Positions 52,087-64,000 of a DNA stretch of 64,000 nucleotides are shown here, one piece after another (within the stretch, counting starts at the first letter, position 1; each line of letters begins with the position of its first letter). The position numbers were made by a program, and so were the translations under genes. Source of the DNA: Antedon mediterranea (Eukaryota; Animalia; Echinodermata); the NCBI RefSeq assembly GCF_964355755.1, contig NC_092672.1, positions 34,850,437 through 34,914,436 of the forward strand, written 5' to 3'. The notes under the pieces were generated by a model. It ran no database searches and had not been told where the DNA came from. It worked only from the letters and a program-made list of their open reading frames with translations.

Positions 52087-53592
52087 CTTGTTTTGGAGAC
52101 AACACTTCAATTCAATTATCTATCAAAAAGAGAGTAGAAATCCTTTTAGTTCTAGTCTAAGTCTCCAGTAGTAGGCATAACTTGAGACGACTATCCACCA
52201 ACCGGATACAATGACAGGGACAAGCTGAAGTCGGCCTAGGCCTAGTACACAGTAGTAGGCTCTCTATACTATGTGTAGAGCCTAGCACTGTTAGTCGTCG
52301 GGGTATCACCTCTTCTTAAATAGTTAGTCCTAGCCTTGCTTGCCTACCTGACCTACCTACACAATATTAACGATTTCGCTACCTTAAGATTCAAACAATC
52401 GCATTTACATTGAACAATAGTTAAAATCAGTTTTTGCAAACATTTATATACTTAAAAAATTAATCATTTTCAATATAAATTACCTAATATAGGACAATTA
52501 CAGAATACTGGAAAAACCAAAATTATGATCGCTTATCTCTGGTTTGTCTATTTTTGTGTTTTGTAGGCGTAGTGGAAAATACGAATAGAAACGGTTCAGA
52601 CACATCATTGATGATGCTGCTAAGTTACTAATATGGATTCAAGACGGAGTTTTGACTTAATATTAGTAAATATGTCTAGCTAAGGTGTGTATTCTTTTTT
52701 AATAATGTTTAAACCAAAGAAATTAACATTTATTTTACCTATTTTCTTTAAAAATATAACAATAATGAAAGTCAAATACTATGATATATGAGTCATGATT
52801 GGTTATTCATCTCATTTATAACAATTTTTGCGTCGGCGAAAAGTAGTGGGAAATTTCATAATACGCATGCGCATTAGTCTACGCTGTTAATCCGCGCGAA
52901 TAAATTCGCTTGATGAAAAACCAGCCTAATTTTACCGGTAAATAAAAAAACCAGGATTTTCATTGTTGATATTTTGTTTTCGTTGTGCCGGATGTTATTT
53001 ATCGGATCGACAGTAACCGCCACGTATTGTTTTGTTGTTCATTACGTGCTGGCGTTGGCTAATTAATCTCTATTTTTTAATAAAAGATCATAATTTTAAA
53101 GCGCACATTACAAGTTGCGCCACTTTAGGCAAAAGTTCATGCTCTTCCATCAAGTGCTCTTGCGTGTTTGTGTGGTTTAAGCAATCAATGCGATATTTAG
53201 GTTAATTACCGTATTAAAACACGTCAGCTAATTTAGTGACTGTTGGTGCATTTTCTTTTAATTTACCGGTAACACTTTTCTCTCATTGGTTTAACGTAAC
53301 ACAAGGAGGACGTACGCGCTACGCACGAAATTGACCAATCAGGGGCGACAATCTGATAATCCGTCCGACTCTCGACCTAACGTTATGACGTAATTTCACT
53401 TTAAATAGACCATGCCCCTACATGCAATTACGTGTAATAACCAACTTCAAATATCTTGCAATATCATCAAATGAAGCGGTCTTCTCTAGTGACGTCATCG
53501 TTTTGGGTGTAGTCTGAATGGGAAACTTGCGTACACACGGACCGACAACATTTCTGATTCTGTACAACTTTAGACTGCTTCAAAAAATAAAA

Positions 53593-54471
53593 ATGTCTTT
53601 AAATTCAACGTGTGATTACAATACTAACTTCCAACAAACCATTGTGAAAGGATTTATTTTTGTAACTATTCTGTGTTGTTTAAATCTAACTTTCAATGGT
53701 TTAATCATCTTTGTTATTCTGAAATCGAAGGTGCTTCGAAAAAAACATAATTTTTACATCGTATCATTAGCCTTGGCAGATTTCATAAATGGAGTGATTT
53801 ATTTTACGTGTATAATAACGGTATATTCAAATACCGTTTTGTCTTTAATGCAACCTTCACTGATGCTTACTTCGTTACTGAGTGTTGCGTGTGTTGCGCT
53901 GGACCGTTACATCGCGTTGGTTTTCGCTCCATTGCGTTACACCGTGATCGTCACCACAAAACGTCAACTGATCATCGGCGCTATAATTTGGCTTGTGCCG
54001 ATTTTAATCGTTATTATGTTATTTCAAACCATGCAATCTTTTAATATCGCCTTGGCATTAGTCTGTCTTACGCTACAATTAATTACTATCAATCTTTATT
54101 TTCTCATTTACCGAAGTATTCGCAAATCTGATCATTATATTTCATCGATGAATGTTTTCAATTTAAAGCGATCGAAGAAATTACTAACTACGTGTTTGAT
54201 TATAACACTGGTTTACTTCTTCTCATGGCTGCCGTTTTTATGCCTGAATTTCTTCACTGCATTTCCGCAAATAATATGCTCTATGGACTCGTTATATGTA
54301 CATTTATTTTTCTATTCTTGCAATTTAGCGTTTATAAACACAGTGATAAATCCAGTTATCTACTGGTTTAATTTACCAAATTTTCGAGAAGCAGTTTATG
54401 AAATTTGTGGAAAAAACAAAAAGTCATCTACGCTAGCTTTAAATAATTTCCCCAAAAACACAAACATATAA
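53593..54471 (+). CDS. Intronless class A (rhodopsin-like) GPCR, divergent cluster member
   Basis: 7 hydrophobic segments; N(TM1), SLALAD, DRY, W(TM4), SWLP, NPVIY. ORF is open from 53518; MSLNST start is inferred from paralogs. Confidence 0.9.
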   Translation: MSLNSTCDYNTNFQQTIVKGFIFVTILCCLNLTFNGLIIFVILKSKVLRKKHNFYIVSLALADFINGVIYFTCIITVYSNTVLSLMQPSLMLTSLLSVACVALDRYIALVFAPLRYTVIVTTKRQLIIGAIIWLVPILIVIMLFQTMQSFNIALALVCLTLQLITINLYFLIYRSIRKSDHYISSMNVFNLKRSKKLLTTCLIITLVYFFSWLPFLCLNFFTAFPQIICSMDSLYVHLFFYSCNLAFINTVINPVIYWFNLPNFREAVYEICGKNKKSSTLALNNFPKNTNI

Positions 54472-54932
54472 AACATTATATAAACAATGACAGTAAAGCA
54501 TAGGCATACTAGTCGTCACAACAATTCAAACCTTAGAAAGGATTCAACTTCTATAAAAGGGCCAACAATTTATTTACGATTTATTTCGTCAAATCCTGAC
54601 ACTCAATCAAACACTCAAGAAAATTAATAACAATACCGAAGACTTAATAATAACGTTAACCATGATTGACAAAGAAGTTTTTAATAACATTGAATCTTGG
54701 TGGATAGGTACCAATGCACTTCAAACCAATTATTACATGTACACTATTACAGTATTATGACGAAGTATATAGACGAAGGAGTAAAGCAAGCTTAAATTCT
54801 ACATCTGAACACAACGTTGGAAATTGTCTAAAGATGGCTCTGTTCTCTCTTATAACTAAATTATCTTGACGAAGAATTGGGTGTTGGGTGAGTCTATAAG
54901 GTTGATCACAAATAGCGAGTGCGTGGCGCGTA

Positions 54933-55002
54933 GTGGGAAAGGTTTAGGCTAGGAGCAAACGTCACGTACGCGTCGTGACGTTTGCTCCCAATCCTTTCCC
55001 AC
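54933..55002. repeat. GC-rich foldback palindrome
   Basis: gtgggaaagg...ggagcaaacgtcacg-tacgcgt-cgtgacgtttgctcc...cctttcccac. Confidence 0.8.
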
Positions 55003-55431
55003 CATGCATTGTGCAATGACGTTCCTCGGGAAATCAAGCTATTTGCAATAACCTTTTAATCTCTGCAACTAAATCTATCTTGTTTTAGACGTAAATTACG
55101 TTTGTTTTTCTGATGACATACGTGAAGAAAACTTCACGAGGTACAGGGATATCGATAACATTTCTTATTTACATTCTTATGGAAACCTATTTGATGAGAA
55201 ACTAATTTTTGAATATTGTGTTTTAACAGAAACATTTGATGCTAAATGAAGTATGGATAATCTAAAAATATTGCTTGTTAAACCCAATAAAGAAGATTTT
55301 GGATATTATATTATCACTGTATGCTGTAACTGATGACGTAGACAATTCTCACGGTGCACTTCTGAAGGTTCTAGGAAATAACAATAATATCTCTATACTT
55401 CAATGACATTTTAACCACTGCAAGTTTTACA

Positions 55432-56313
55432 ATGAATATCTCTACCAATAATTCATCTTGTGAATCAATTTATATTGAGTATACTAAAACGTTCTATGAA
55501 TACGTACTTACAGCTATCAAACCAGTGGTTTCAATAATTTGTATTTTGATTGTGCTTTTAAATGGTGTTGCAATATTTGTAATTCTTAGATCTAAGAAAC
55601 TGCGAAAGAAACACAATGTTTTCATCGTATCTTTGGCATTTGCAGATTGTGCAAACGGACTTGGATATTGTGTGTATGTTATTTTATATATATTTCGATC
55701 GAGTACAAATGATGTTATTTATTGGTTTTTGATGTCGATCATTTTTGCGTCAATGCTTAACGTAAATTGCGTTGCTGTAGATCGTTACATTGCGTTAGTA
55801 TACGCTCCTTTACGTTACGAAGTAGTCGTAACATTTAAACGTCAGATAACCGTTTGCGCTGCGATTTGGATTGGACCAATGTTTATTATGTTTGTCTTGT
55901 TTTACATTACTGCATTTTATTTTACTCTGTTAATAATAGCAGTAATTGTTCTCATGGTTTTAATAATAACTGTTTGTCTTTATTTTAAAATTTATCACAG
56001 TATTTCTAAATCAGATCATTATCTCGCTTCAATGAATATTTCAAACGCAAAGAAGTCCAGAAAATTACTAAAAACCTGCTTAACAATAACAATCCTGTAT
56101 TGTATTCTCTGGTTGCCATATCTTGTAATAAGTTGTCTTGTTTTTATACCAGGGTTAGCATGTTACCTCGGTAGATCACTTGTTTATATGAATTTCTTTT
56201 CTGGAAGTCTGGTTTTTATCAATTCTTTGACTAATCCTCTAATATACTGGTATAATTTACCGGATTTCCGAAACTCATTTTATGATATTTGTGGAAGAAA
56301 AGAGAGATGTTAA
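55432..56313 (+). CDS. Intronless class A GPCR (293 aa)
   Basis: SLAFAD, DRY, LWLPY, NPLIY; N-glycosylation sequons NIS/NSS. Confidence 0.92.
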   Translation: MNISTNNSSCESIYIEYTKTFYEYVLTAIKPVVSIICILIVLLNGVAIFVILRSKKLRKKHNVFIVSLAFADCANGLGYCVYVILYIFRSSTNDVIYWFLMSIIFASMLNVNCVAVDRYIALVYAPLRYEVVVTFKRQITVCAAIWIGPMFIMFVLFYITAFYFTLLIIAVIVLMVLIITVCLYFKIYHSISKSDHYLASMNISNAKKSRKLLKTCLTITILYCILWLPYLVISCLVFIPGLACYLGRSLVYMNFFSGSLVFINSLTNPLIYWYNLPDFRNSFYDICGRKERC

Positions 56314-59011
56314 ATAAGTTACAATAAGATACCGAACTATACAGACTTTGTTTTATAAAAATGACAATATATTACACACATACTATTCGCATATAAGTCA
56401 ACAGCCGGCATATTAAACACGAGTAAATAATTATAATTTTAACAAACTTTGAAGTTATTTTTCAACCAATCAAATGTAAGTTTAAATAACAATGATAAAA
56501 CAACAATAAGAAACATTGGTGTTGTTGAGTTTTATCATTAGCTTAATCTTACTTATAGAATTGAAATCTCATATTAGATAAAACAAATACCTACACATAG
56601 GTGATTATAGTTGGGTTTTCACTAACATCTAGGCTATCGGTAGTAAGTTTGTTTTATATAAGCATTACTATTATTACTTATTATTGATTGTATGTTGCAG
56701 GGATTGTATATCGAAATAGAAACTTATGCTATTAATAAAAAAAACAAAACATTGATTAAACATTAAGAGATTAATAAACGGTTCGTTTTGCACATTTATT
56801 AACCTTCAATGTAGGCTATAATCTGTATACTAGACGATTAATTACCGACTTGAAAGTAATTTTGGTTTTATAAAAATTGAAATCGTGTTAGTTTTACCTT
56901 CAATGTTTAAAAAAACCTCTATTTTTAAACACGATTTTCATATTTAGTAAATTTGTAGAAACAAGTTTGATGTAAATTAAAACCATGTAATAATCTACAA
57001 AATGAGAAAATCGATTTGTAATTATGTAACGTAACATTCATAGACTAATTATAAAATAAATGAAACTGAGTAGAGATTTCAAACACAATAGCTGTTGAAA
57101 AATTTATCAAATAATCTGAAAAATAAAGAATAAAAAAATACAACCAACCGATAAAAACTATAATCGAGCTCAAACACTGACTGTAATACTTGGCAAAATC
57201 AAAGATCTATGAGTAAAAGGTTTCTAAGATATTTTGCAAAATGGACAAAGCGATAGAGGGTGCACTATTTGTAATTCTTTAAGATACAGATAACTCGATA
57301 TTTTAATAAGCTTTGGTATCGTCCACAATAAACATTTCACATTTAATTATGTTCAATTAGTGAACTATGTACATTTATTTTTTTCTGGATGTATATCTTT
57401 TTTCAATTATTGGCAACCTTATAATATACTGGTATAATTTACCGTACATGTACAGATTAAGGCTCAAATCTTAAAAAACAAACTTGAGTCTGAGTATTTT
57501 CAAATAGGCCTATAAATAAATATAAGTATATCCTTAATTATTTTTTTATGACTATTATGAAACATTTTAAATTTTGTTAACTAAAGATCAACGAAGATGC
57601 GGTTTGTAACTAAATGACCTACGAAGATGAGAGAAGAATTTTTTCAAAAGGCCAATTTCTGCTAAATTGATTTAGGTATAAGAAGACCTCGTCAAAAAAT
57701 TAGCATTTCGTCAAATCAAGCATGTAAATAAAAATAACATCAATGTCAGAGAACATTAATAACAACACCGAAGGTAATAACGTCTATTACGTGTGACAAC
57801 CAAGGTTTTAATAAAACAAAATTTACGAATATTTAAAAATGGATTAAGTTTCTTATTAAAACTTGTGTAATTAGTTAAATTAAATTAGATTGAAATGACA
57901 CAAAATGATATGCCTATGACAACAACATGAGCCTTATATTTGGACAATCCCATGAGAAGTGACTATTTTAGAACATTGTGTACAAACAACAAAAAATATC
58001 TAAAGAATTTAATTTTTAGCATCGGCCATTTTGAAATCCAAGATTGCCGACAGATTATCGCTTTACATAGTTAAAATTGTATAATGGGTAATACCATCAA
58101 AACGGACTTGTTCCACATTCATAATTAATATTCTGTCTGCCATCTTGAATTTGGTTCTTTAAATGTCTTTAGAAAAAATGGCAACATATTTTTTTTTTCA
58201 TTACTTATATTATGAAGATATTAAATAAAGTCAAAGTTTGCTTTTAACAAAAGATGTACACGACATTCATATAAACGACATACCAGCCTACACTACTAGT
58301 TTGAAACTATAGTGACAATTTATTTCAGTCATGCCGCTAATGATTGAAAACCTCACTTTTTGAGCTTTTAAAACGTAACGCTACCCGGGGCTCCAGCGTC
58401 TAATTGATACAAAATGCAATCAATAACATCAATGTCAGAGAACTTTAATCACAACAACAACAACAATAACGTCAATTACGTATGACAACCAAGGTTTTAA
58501 TAAAAACAACAATTATTAAGAATAGTCGACACACTGTTAACATGATTTTAATAGATTAATTAAAGAGGTTTTAGAAGTATATAAAAATGAGAAAAATGTA
58601 CTTTGTTCGCATCTGTCGTCGTTGAAGCAAAGGAATGAAAGCATATACGTAAACTATACATCTGATTGTTTCCATATTGATGGTCTTTTTGTCTAAACTT
58701 TAACAAATATTAAAACTTGACAAAGTACTGTGCGTGTTTGGCGAGTCTTTTTCCAAAGAAGCCTACATCAGATTTTTATGGAAGCAAACATTTTTGCTGC
58801 GAAACACGTTTTTTTTTTAAACTTTACTACTAATCATACACGTAGTATATTTGATGCTAAACGAAGTTCGTAATAATTGAATAATCTAAAATAAACTTTC
58901 ATTCTGTGGACAATTTTCTCACGTTCTACTTGTTTAAAGGTTCTACGAAAGACTAAATATCGTATCTTCATTTACAAGCAAGTGTCGCCATTCATCACTG
59001 CAAGTTTTACA

Positions 59012-59892
59012 ATGAATATCTCCACCAATAATTCATCTTGTAGATCCGTTTCTGAGTATACTGAAATGTTCTATGAATACGCAATTACAGCTATCATACC
59101 AGTGGTTTCAGTAATTTGTATTTTGATTGTTCTTTTAAATGGTGTTGCAATATTTGTAATTCTTAGATCTAAGAAACTGCGAAAGAAACAAAATGTTTTC
59201 ATCGTATCTTTGGCATTTGCAGATTGTGCAAACGGAATTTGGTTTTGTGTGTATGTAGCTGTAAGCTTCTATCGTCAGATTTTGGGTTTAATTATTGTTA
59301 TAAACGTGTTATTAACGTCAATTCTTTTTACCTCAACGCTTAACGTAATTTGCGTTGCTGTAGATCGTTATATTGCGTTAGTATACGCTCCTTTACGTTA
59401 CACAATAGTCGTAACAATTAAACGTCAGTTTGCGCTACGATTTGGATTGGTCCACATTGCATTATATATATACTTTTTTACATTAATACTCATACTTATT
59501 TTAATCCGTTAATATTTGCCGTATTTTTCCTCATGGTTTTAATAGTAACTGTTTGTCTTTATTTCAAAATTTATCAAAATATTTCCAAACCAGATCATTA
59601 TCTCGCTTCAATGAATATTTCAAACGCAAAGAAATCCAGAAAATTACTAAAAACCTGCTTAACAATAACAATGGTGTATTGTCTCCTCTGGTTGCCATAT
59701 CTTGTAATAATTTGTCTTGTTTTTATACCAGGGTTTACATGTTCTCTTGGTATAATACTTTCATATATGCGTTTCTTTTCTGGAAATCTGGTTTTTATCA
59801 ATTCTTTGACTAATCCTATAATATATTGGTATAATTTACCGGATTTCCGAAACGCATTTTATGATATCTGGGGAAGGAAAAAGAAATGCTAA
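59012..59892 (+). pseudogene. Class A GPCR pseudogene (frameshifted)
   Basis: Versus 60598-61479: 7-bp deletion at ~59428 (cgtcagtt[gactgtt]tgcgct) splits the frame into ORFs 58982-59512 and 59533-59892. Confidence 0.85.
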
Positions 59893-60597
59893 TTAAAATA
59901 TACGACAAATGTTAATTAAAATAAAAAGTGTATAGCATGGTATAAACGAGGACCTCGAGTACACCAGCAGTGAATTCAACTGATACTATGTCAATGACGG
60001 CCATGTTTTCAGATGATTTTAGATAGCACACAGGAATTTCTCGCACAAAAGCCAGAAGCCGCCACTGTAGACGACATTGATAATTTGAACAAAAGTCAAT
60101 ATATTTGTTATAATTTGAAATCGTGTTGCAATAAAGTTGAAGTGGTTTTATAATACAGAAGTAATAATCTTTAGGAATAGAATAATTATAAAACCACAAG
60201 AAAAATCGATGATTGTGAGACTTGGAGTTAATAAACTCTTCCATCAGTACGTTCAGTATATTTTTCATAAAACATGACAACCATTGGTCAATTAAGACAA
60301 CAGGGAATGATGGACAGAATACTTTTACAAGTTTATTCTATCGACATATTATTAAACCGACCGAAGTTTCAACAAAATTGATGTAGTGTACGGTGTTCAT
60401 TGTACTTTTCCCATTGTCTTTGCTAGTGCGTTCTACATTTTCCTTGCAATACTGATTCTGAAAACTTTAACTGTGCTGTAACGTGATTCGTTGGACAATT
60501 TTTTTCACGTTCTACTTGTTTAAAGGTTCTACAAAAGACTAAATATCGTATCTTCATTTACAAGCGAGTGTCGCCATTCATCACTGCAAGTTATACA

Positions 60598-61479
60598 ATG
60601 AATATCTCCACTGATAATTTATCTTGTAGATCCGTTATTGAGTATACTGAAATGCTCTATGAATACGCACTTACCGTTATCATACCAGTGGCTTCAATAA
60701 TTTGTATTTTGATTGTGCTTTTAAATGGTGTTGCAATATTTGTAATTCTTAGATCTAAGAAACTGCGAAAGAAACGTAATGTTTTCATCGTATCTTTGGC
60801 ATTTGCAGATTGTGCAAATGGACTTGGATATTGTGCATATGTAGCTATACGCTTCTATCATCCGAGTTTGGGTATAATTATTCTTATAAACTGGTTATTA
60901 ACGTCAATTCTTTTTACGTCAATGCTTAACGTAAATTGCGTTGCTGTAGATCGTTATATTGCGTTAGTATACGCTCCTTTACGTTACACTGTTGTAACAA
61001 TTAAACGTCAGTTGACTGTTTGCGCTGCGATTTGGATTGGTCCAAATTGCATTATATGTATCTTTTTTTACATTAATACAACTCCTTTTATTTCGTTAAT
61101 AATAGCCATATTTTTTCTCATGGTTTTAATAGTAACTGTTTGTCTTTATTTCAAAATTTATCAAAATATTTCCAAACCAGATCATTATCTGGCTTCAATG
61201 AATATTTCAAACGCAAAGAAATCCAGAAAATTACTAAAAACCTGCTTAACAATAACAATGGTGTATTGTCTCCTCTGGTTGCCATATCTTGTAATAATTT
61301 GTCTTGTTTTTATACCAGGGTTTACATGTTCCCTTGGTATAATACTTTCATATATGCGTTTCTTTTCTGGAAGTCTGGTTTTTATCAATTCTTTGACTAA
61401 TCCTATAATATACTGGTATAATTTACCTGATTTCCGAAACGCATTTTATGATATCTGGGGAAGGAAAAAGAAATGCTAA
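60598..61479 (+). CDS. Intronless class A GPCR
   Basis: Complete 7TM ORF; SLAFAD, DRY, LWLPY, NPIIY; ATG at 60598. Confidence 0.92.
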   Translation: MNISTDNLSCRSVIEYTEMLYEYALTVIIPVASIICILIVLLNGVAIFVILRSKKLRKKRNVFIVSLAFADCANGLGYCAYVAIRFYHPSLGIIILINWLLTSILFTSMLNVNCVAVDRYIALVYAPLRYTVVTIKRQLTVCAAIWIGPNCIICIFFYINTTPFISLIIAIFFLMVLIVTVCLYFKIYQNISKPDHYLASMNISNAKKSRKLLKTCLTITMVYCLLWLPYLVIICLVFIPGFTCSLGIILSYMRFFSGSLVFINSLTNPIIYWYNLPDFRNAFYDIWGRKKKC

Positions 61480-62156
61480 TTAAAATATACGACAAATGTT
61501 AATTAAAATAAAAAGTGTATAGCATGGTATAAACGAGGATCTCGAGTACACCAGCAATGAATTCAACTGATACTATGTCAATGGCGGCCATGTTTTCAGA
61601 TGATTTTAGATTGCACACAGGAATTTCTCGCGCACAAAGGACAAAAGCCGCATCCGTAGACGACATTAATAATTTGAATAAAAGTCAACATATTTGAAAA
61701 CGTGTAATGTTGCAATGAAGTTGAAGTGGTTTTATATTAATAATAATACTATAGGAGACCTAGAGTAATTATGAAACCACAAGAACAATCAATGATTGTG
61801 AGACTTGGAGTTAATAAACTCTTCATCAATGACAGAGTTCAGTATATGTTTAATGAAATATCAATTCGTCAAGAGTTTCATAAAACGTGACAACCATTGT
61901 TCAATTGAGGCAACAGGGAATGATCAACACATTTGATGGACAGAATACTTTTACAAGTTTATTCAATCGACTTAATATACCGATCGAATTTTCAACAAAA
62001 ATTGTGTACGGTGTTCATTGTCCTTTTACCCCTTTTCTTTGCTGGTGCGTTCTACATTGTCAATGAATTCCTTGCAATACTGTTTCTGAAAACTTCAACT
62101 GTGCTGTAACGTGATTCGGTGAACAATTTTCTCACGTTCTACTTGTTTAAAGGTTC

Positions 62157-63777
62157 CAATAATAACAATATTGGTAATGATGATAATAATAATGTTCTTG
62201 TTAATGAAGACGAGGTCTTAAGAGAATTTGCACGTGTAAAAGTCAATAAGGCAACTGGACCAGATGGGATTTCAAACAGAATTTTAAAAGTGTGCAATAT
62301 CCAACTATGTCCAATTTTTACTCATATTTTTAATATTATTTTTAGAAATGGTACTGCTCCACGCATATGGAAAACTTCTATCATAAATCCATTGCCTAAA
62401 GTTAATAAACCTAGTATACCAAAAGATTTTAGACCAATTGCAATTACTTCAAATTCAATGAAATGCTTAGAAAGGTTGATTGTTTCTAGACTTAAGGAAA
62501 ATATTGGTAATGCAGATAAGAATCAATTTGCATACAAGAAAAATAGAGGGGTTGACGATGCTGTAAATTCTTATCTCCATGATACATATCATCACCTTGA
62601 TTCTAAAAGAAATTATGTACGGTCTATATTTTTCGATTTCTCCAGTGCTTTTAATACTATTTTACCACATGTTTTAATTGATAGATTATTAAGTTTTAAT
62701 GTCTCACCTCAGCTCGCCAAAGTTATATATAGTTTTTTGATTAATAGACCGCAGATGGTTAAGTGCAATGGTATCCTATCCAACAAAGAATCTACCAGTG
62801 TTGGAGCTCCTCAAGGATGTGTTATCTCTCCAATTTTGTTCTCTTTTTCTCTCTAGTAGTTTTAATATTTTAAGTAAAGATTGCAATATTGTAAAATACG
62901 CTGACGATACTGTAATTAGTGGTTTTCTTTGCGATAGTAAGCATAATGTAAATGAATTTGTTAATGAAGTTGGAAGATTTGTTAATTGGTGTGAAGATAT
63001 GAACTTAATACTTAATATTACTAAAACCAAAGAGATGATAATAGATTTTCGTAAAACCGCAGTTGAACATAATGTAATAACTATTAAAGAAACCGAGGTT
63101 GAAAGAGTAACCCAATACAAATACTTAGGTACTATAATTGACAACAAATTAAAATGGGAGTCAAACTCTCTCATGATTTCCAAGAAGGCATCTCAAAGGC
63201 TCTACTTTCTCAGAAAACTCAAGCAAATTAGAGTTGATAACACTATTTTAATTCTATTTTATCAAAGTATTATTCAAAGTATTCTATCTTTTAGCATTGG
63301 ATGTTTTTATGGTAACTTTACTGAAAATGATAAGAAAAATATTGAGAGACCACGTAAAATTACACAACGTATTATTAAAGCTGATCTTACGCCTTGTTCA
63401 TTTATATATGAAAAGAGTATTCTAAAAAAAGTAAACAATATTATGAAAGACCCCACTCATCCGTTACATTACTGTTATAACTTAAATAGATCAGGCATTA
63501 GGCTACGACCTCCAAGAGCAAATCTTTGTAGAACTAGAAAATCCTTCGTTGTAAATAGCATTCATATTTTAATTCTATGTAAGACGTTAATGCAATTTTT
63601 AATAGTTTTACATTTTTAACAGTATTTTTAACTTTTTATCTTGTATTTTTAATCTGTTATAATACTGCACGTTTTTAAATTGTTGCAATATTGTTGTTTT
63701 AATCTACCAAGCAAAGTGAATTTCCATTTTTATGGACAAATAAAATGTCTTGAATCTTGAATCTTGAATCTTGAATC
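62157..63777 (+). mobile_element. 5'-truncated non-LTR retrotransposon (Rex1/Babar-like, CR1 group); RT frameshifted
   Basis: KATGPDGI, DFRPIAITS, QFAY, FFDFSSAFNTI, GAPQGCVISP, (frameshift ~62850) KYADDT, YKYLG, KASQRLYFLRKL; 3' hairpin tccat-tttt-atgga, AATAAA, (TCTTGAA)4 tail; no endonuclease domain. Confidence 0.92.
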
Positions 63778-63845
63778 TACGTAAGACTAAATATCGTATC
63801 TTCATTTACAAGTGAGTGTCGCCATTCATCACTGCAAGTTTTACA

Positions 63846-64000
63846 ATGAATATCTCCACCAATAACTCATCTTGTAGATCCGTTACTGAGTATACTGAAA
63901 TGCTCTATGAATACGCACTTACAGCTATCATACCAGTGGCTTCAATCATTTGTATTTTGATTGTGCTTTTAAATGGTATTGCAATATTTGTAATTCTTAG
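63846..64000 (+). CDS. Class A GPCR paralog, 5' part (cut by window edge)
   Basis: MNISTNNSSCRSVTEYTEMLYEYALTAIIPVASIICILIVLLNGIAIFVIL..., co-linear with the starts at 59012 and 60598. Confidence 0.8.
   Translation, partial: MNISTNNSSCRSVTEYTEMLYEYALTAIIPVASIICILIVLLNGIAIFVIL

Noticed and set aside
62119-63619. Autonomous LINE or domesticated reverse transcriptase gene
   Set aside because: 5'-truncated (no endonuclease), frameshifted between the PQG and YADD motifs; the ORF start is a GTG in flanking host sequence.
1-64000. Prokaryotic defence system, operon or horizontally transferred island
   Set aside because: Gene structures, spliceosomal introns and TE content are all metazoan; no bacterial-type gene was recognised.

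Overview
AT-rich, intron-containing animal genomic DNA; a marine invertebrate deuterostome such as an echinoderm is inferred from the Deu-domain SINE and the receptor content, not proven. Genes: (i) the 3' part of a repetitive acidic low-complexity protein (+, <1-2043); (ii) a ~25 kb multi-exon ankyrin-repeat gene (-, 5287-30062) with TE-filled introns; (iii) two intronless TMEM79/MAPEG-like paralogs (+); (iv) a class C (mGluR-like) GPCR (-, 33568-41855); (v) a TRAFD1/XAF1-like zinc-finger gene (-); (vi) a tandem cluster of intronless class A GPCRs (+; 3 intact, 1 frameshifted, 1 cut by the window edge). The main finding is the class C receptor: manual splicing gives THREE tandem Venus-flytrap domains, no full cysteine-rich domain, a GC-AG intron and possibly two alternative C-tails. 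Mobile DNA includes a head-to-tail Helitron dimer, an expanded ~5 kb Helitron copy, paired Mutator-like elements with nested P-like and Tc1/pogo-like MITEs, two SINE families, a MITE family present at nine sites, and a 5'-truncated Rex1/Babar-like LINE upstream of a GPCR. Exon boundaries were read by eye and may be off by a few bases; no database searches were run.
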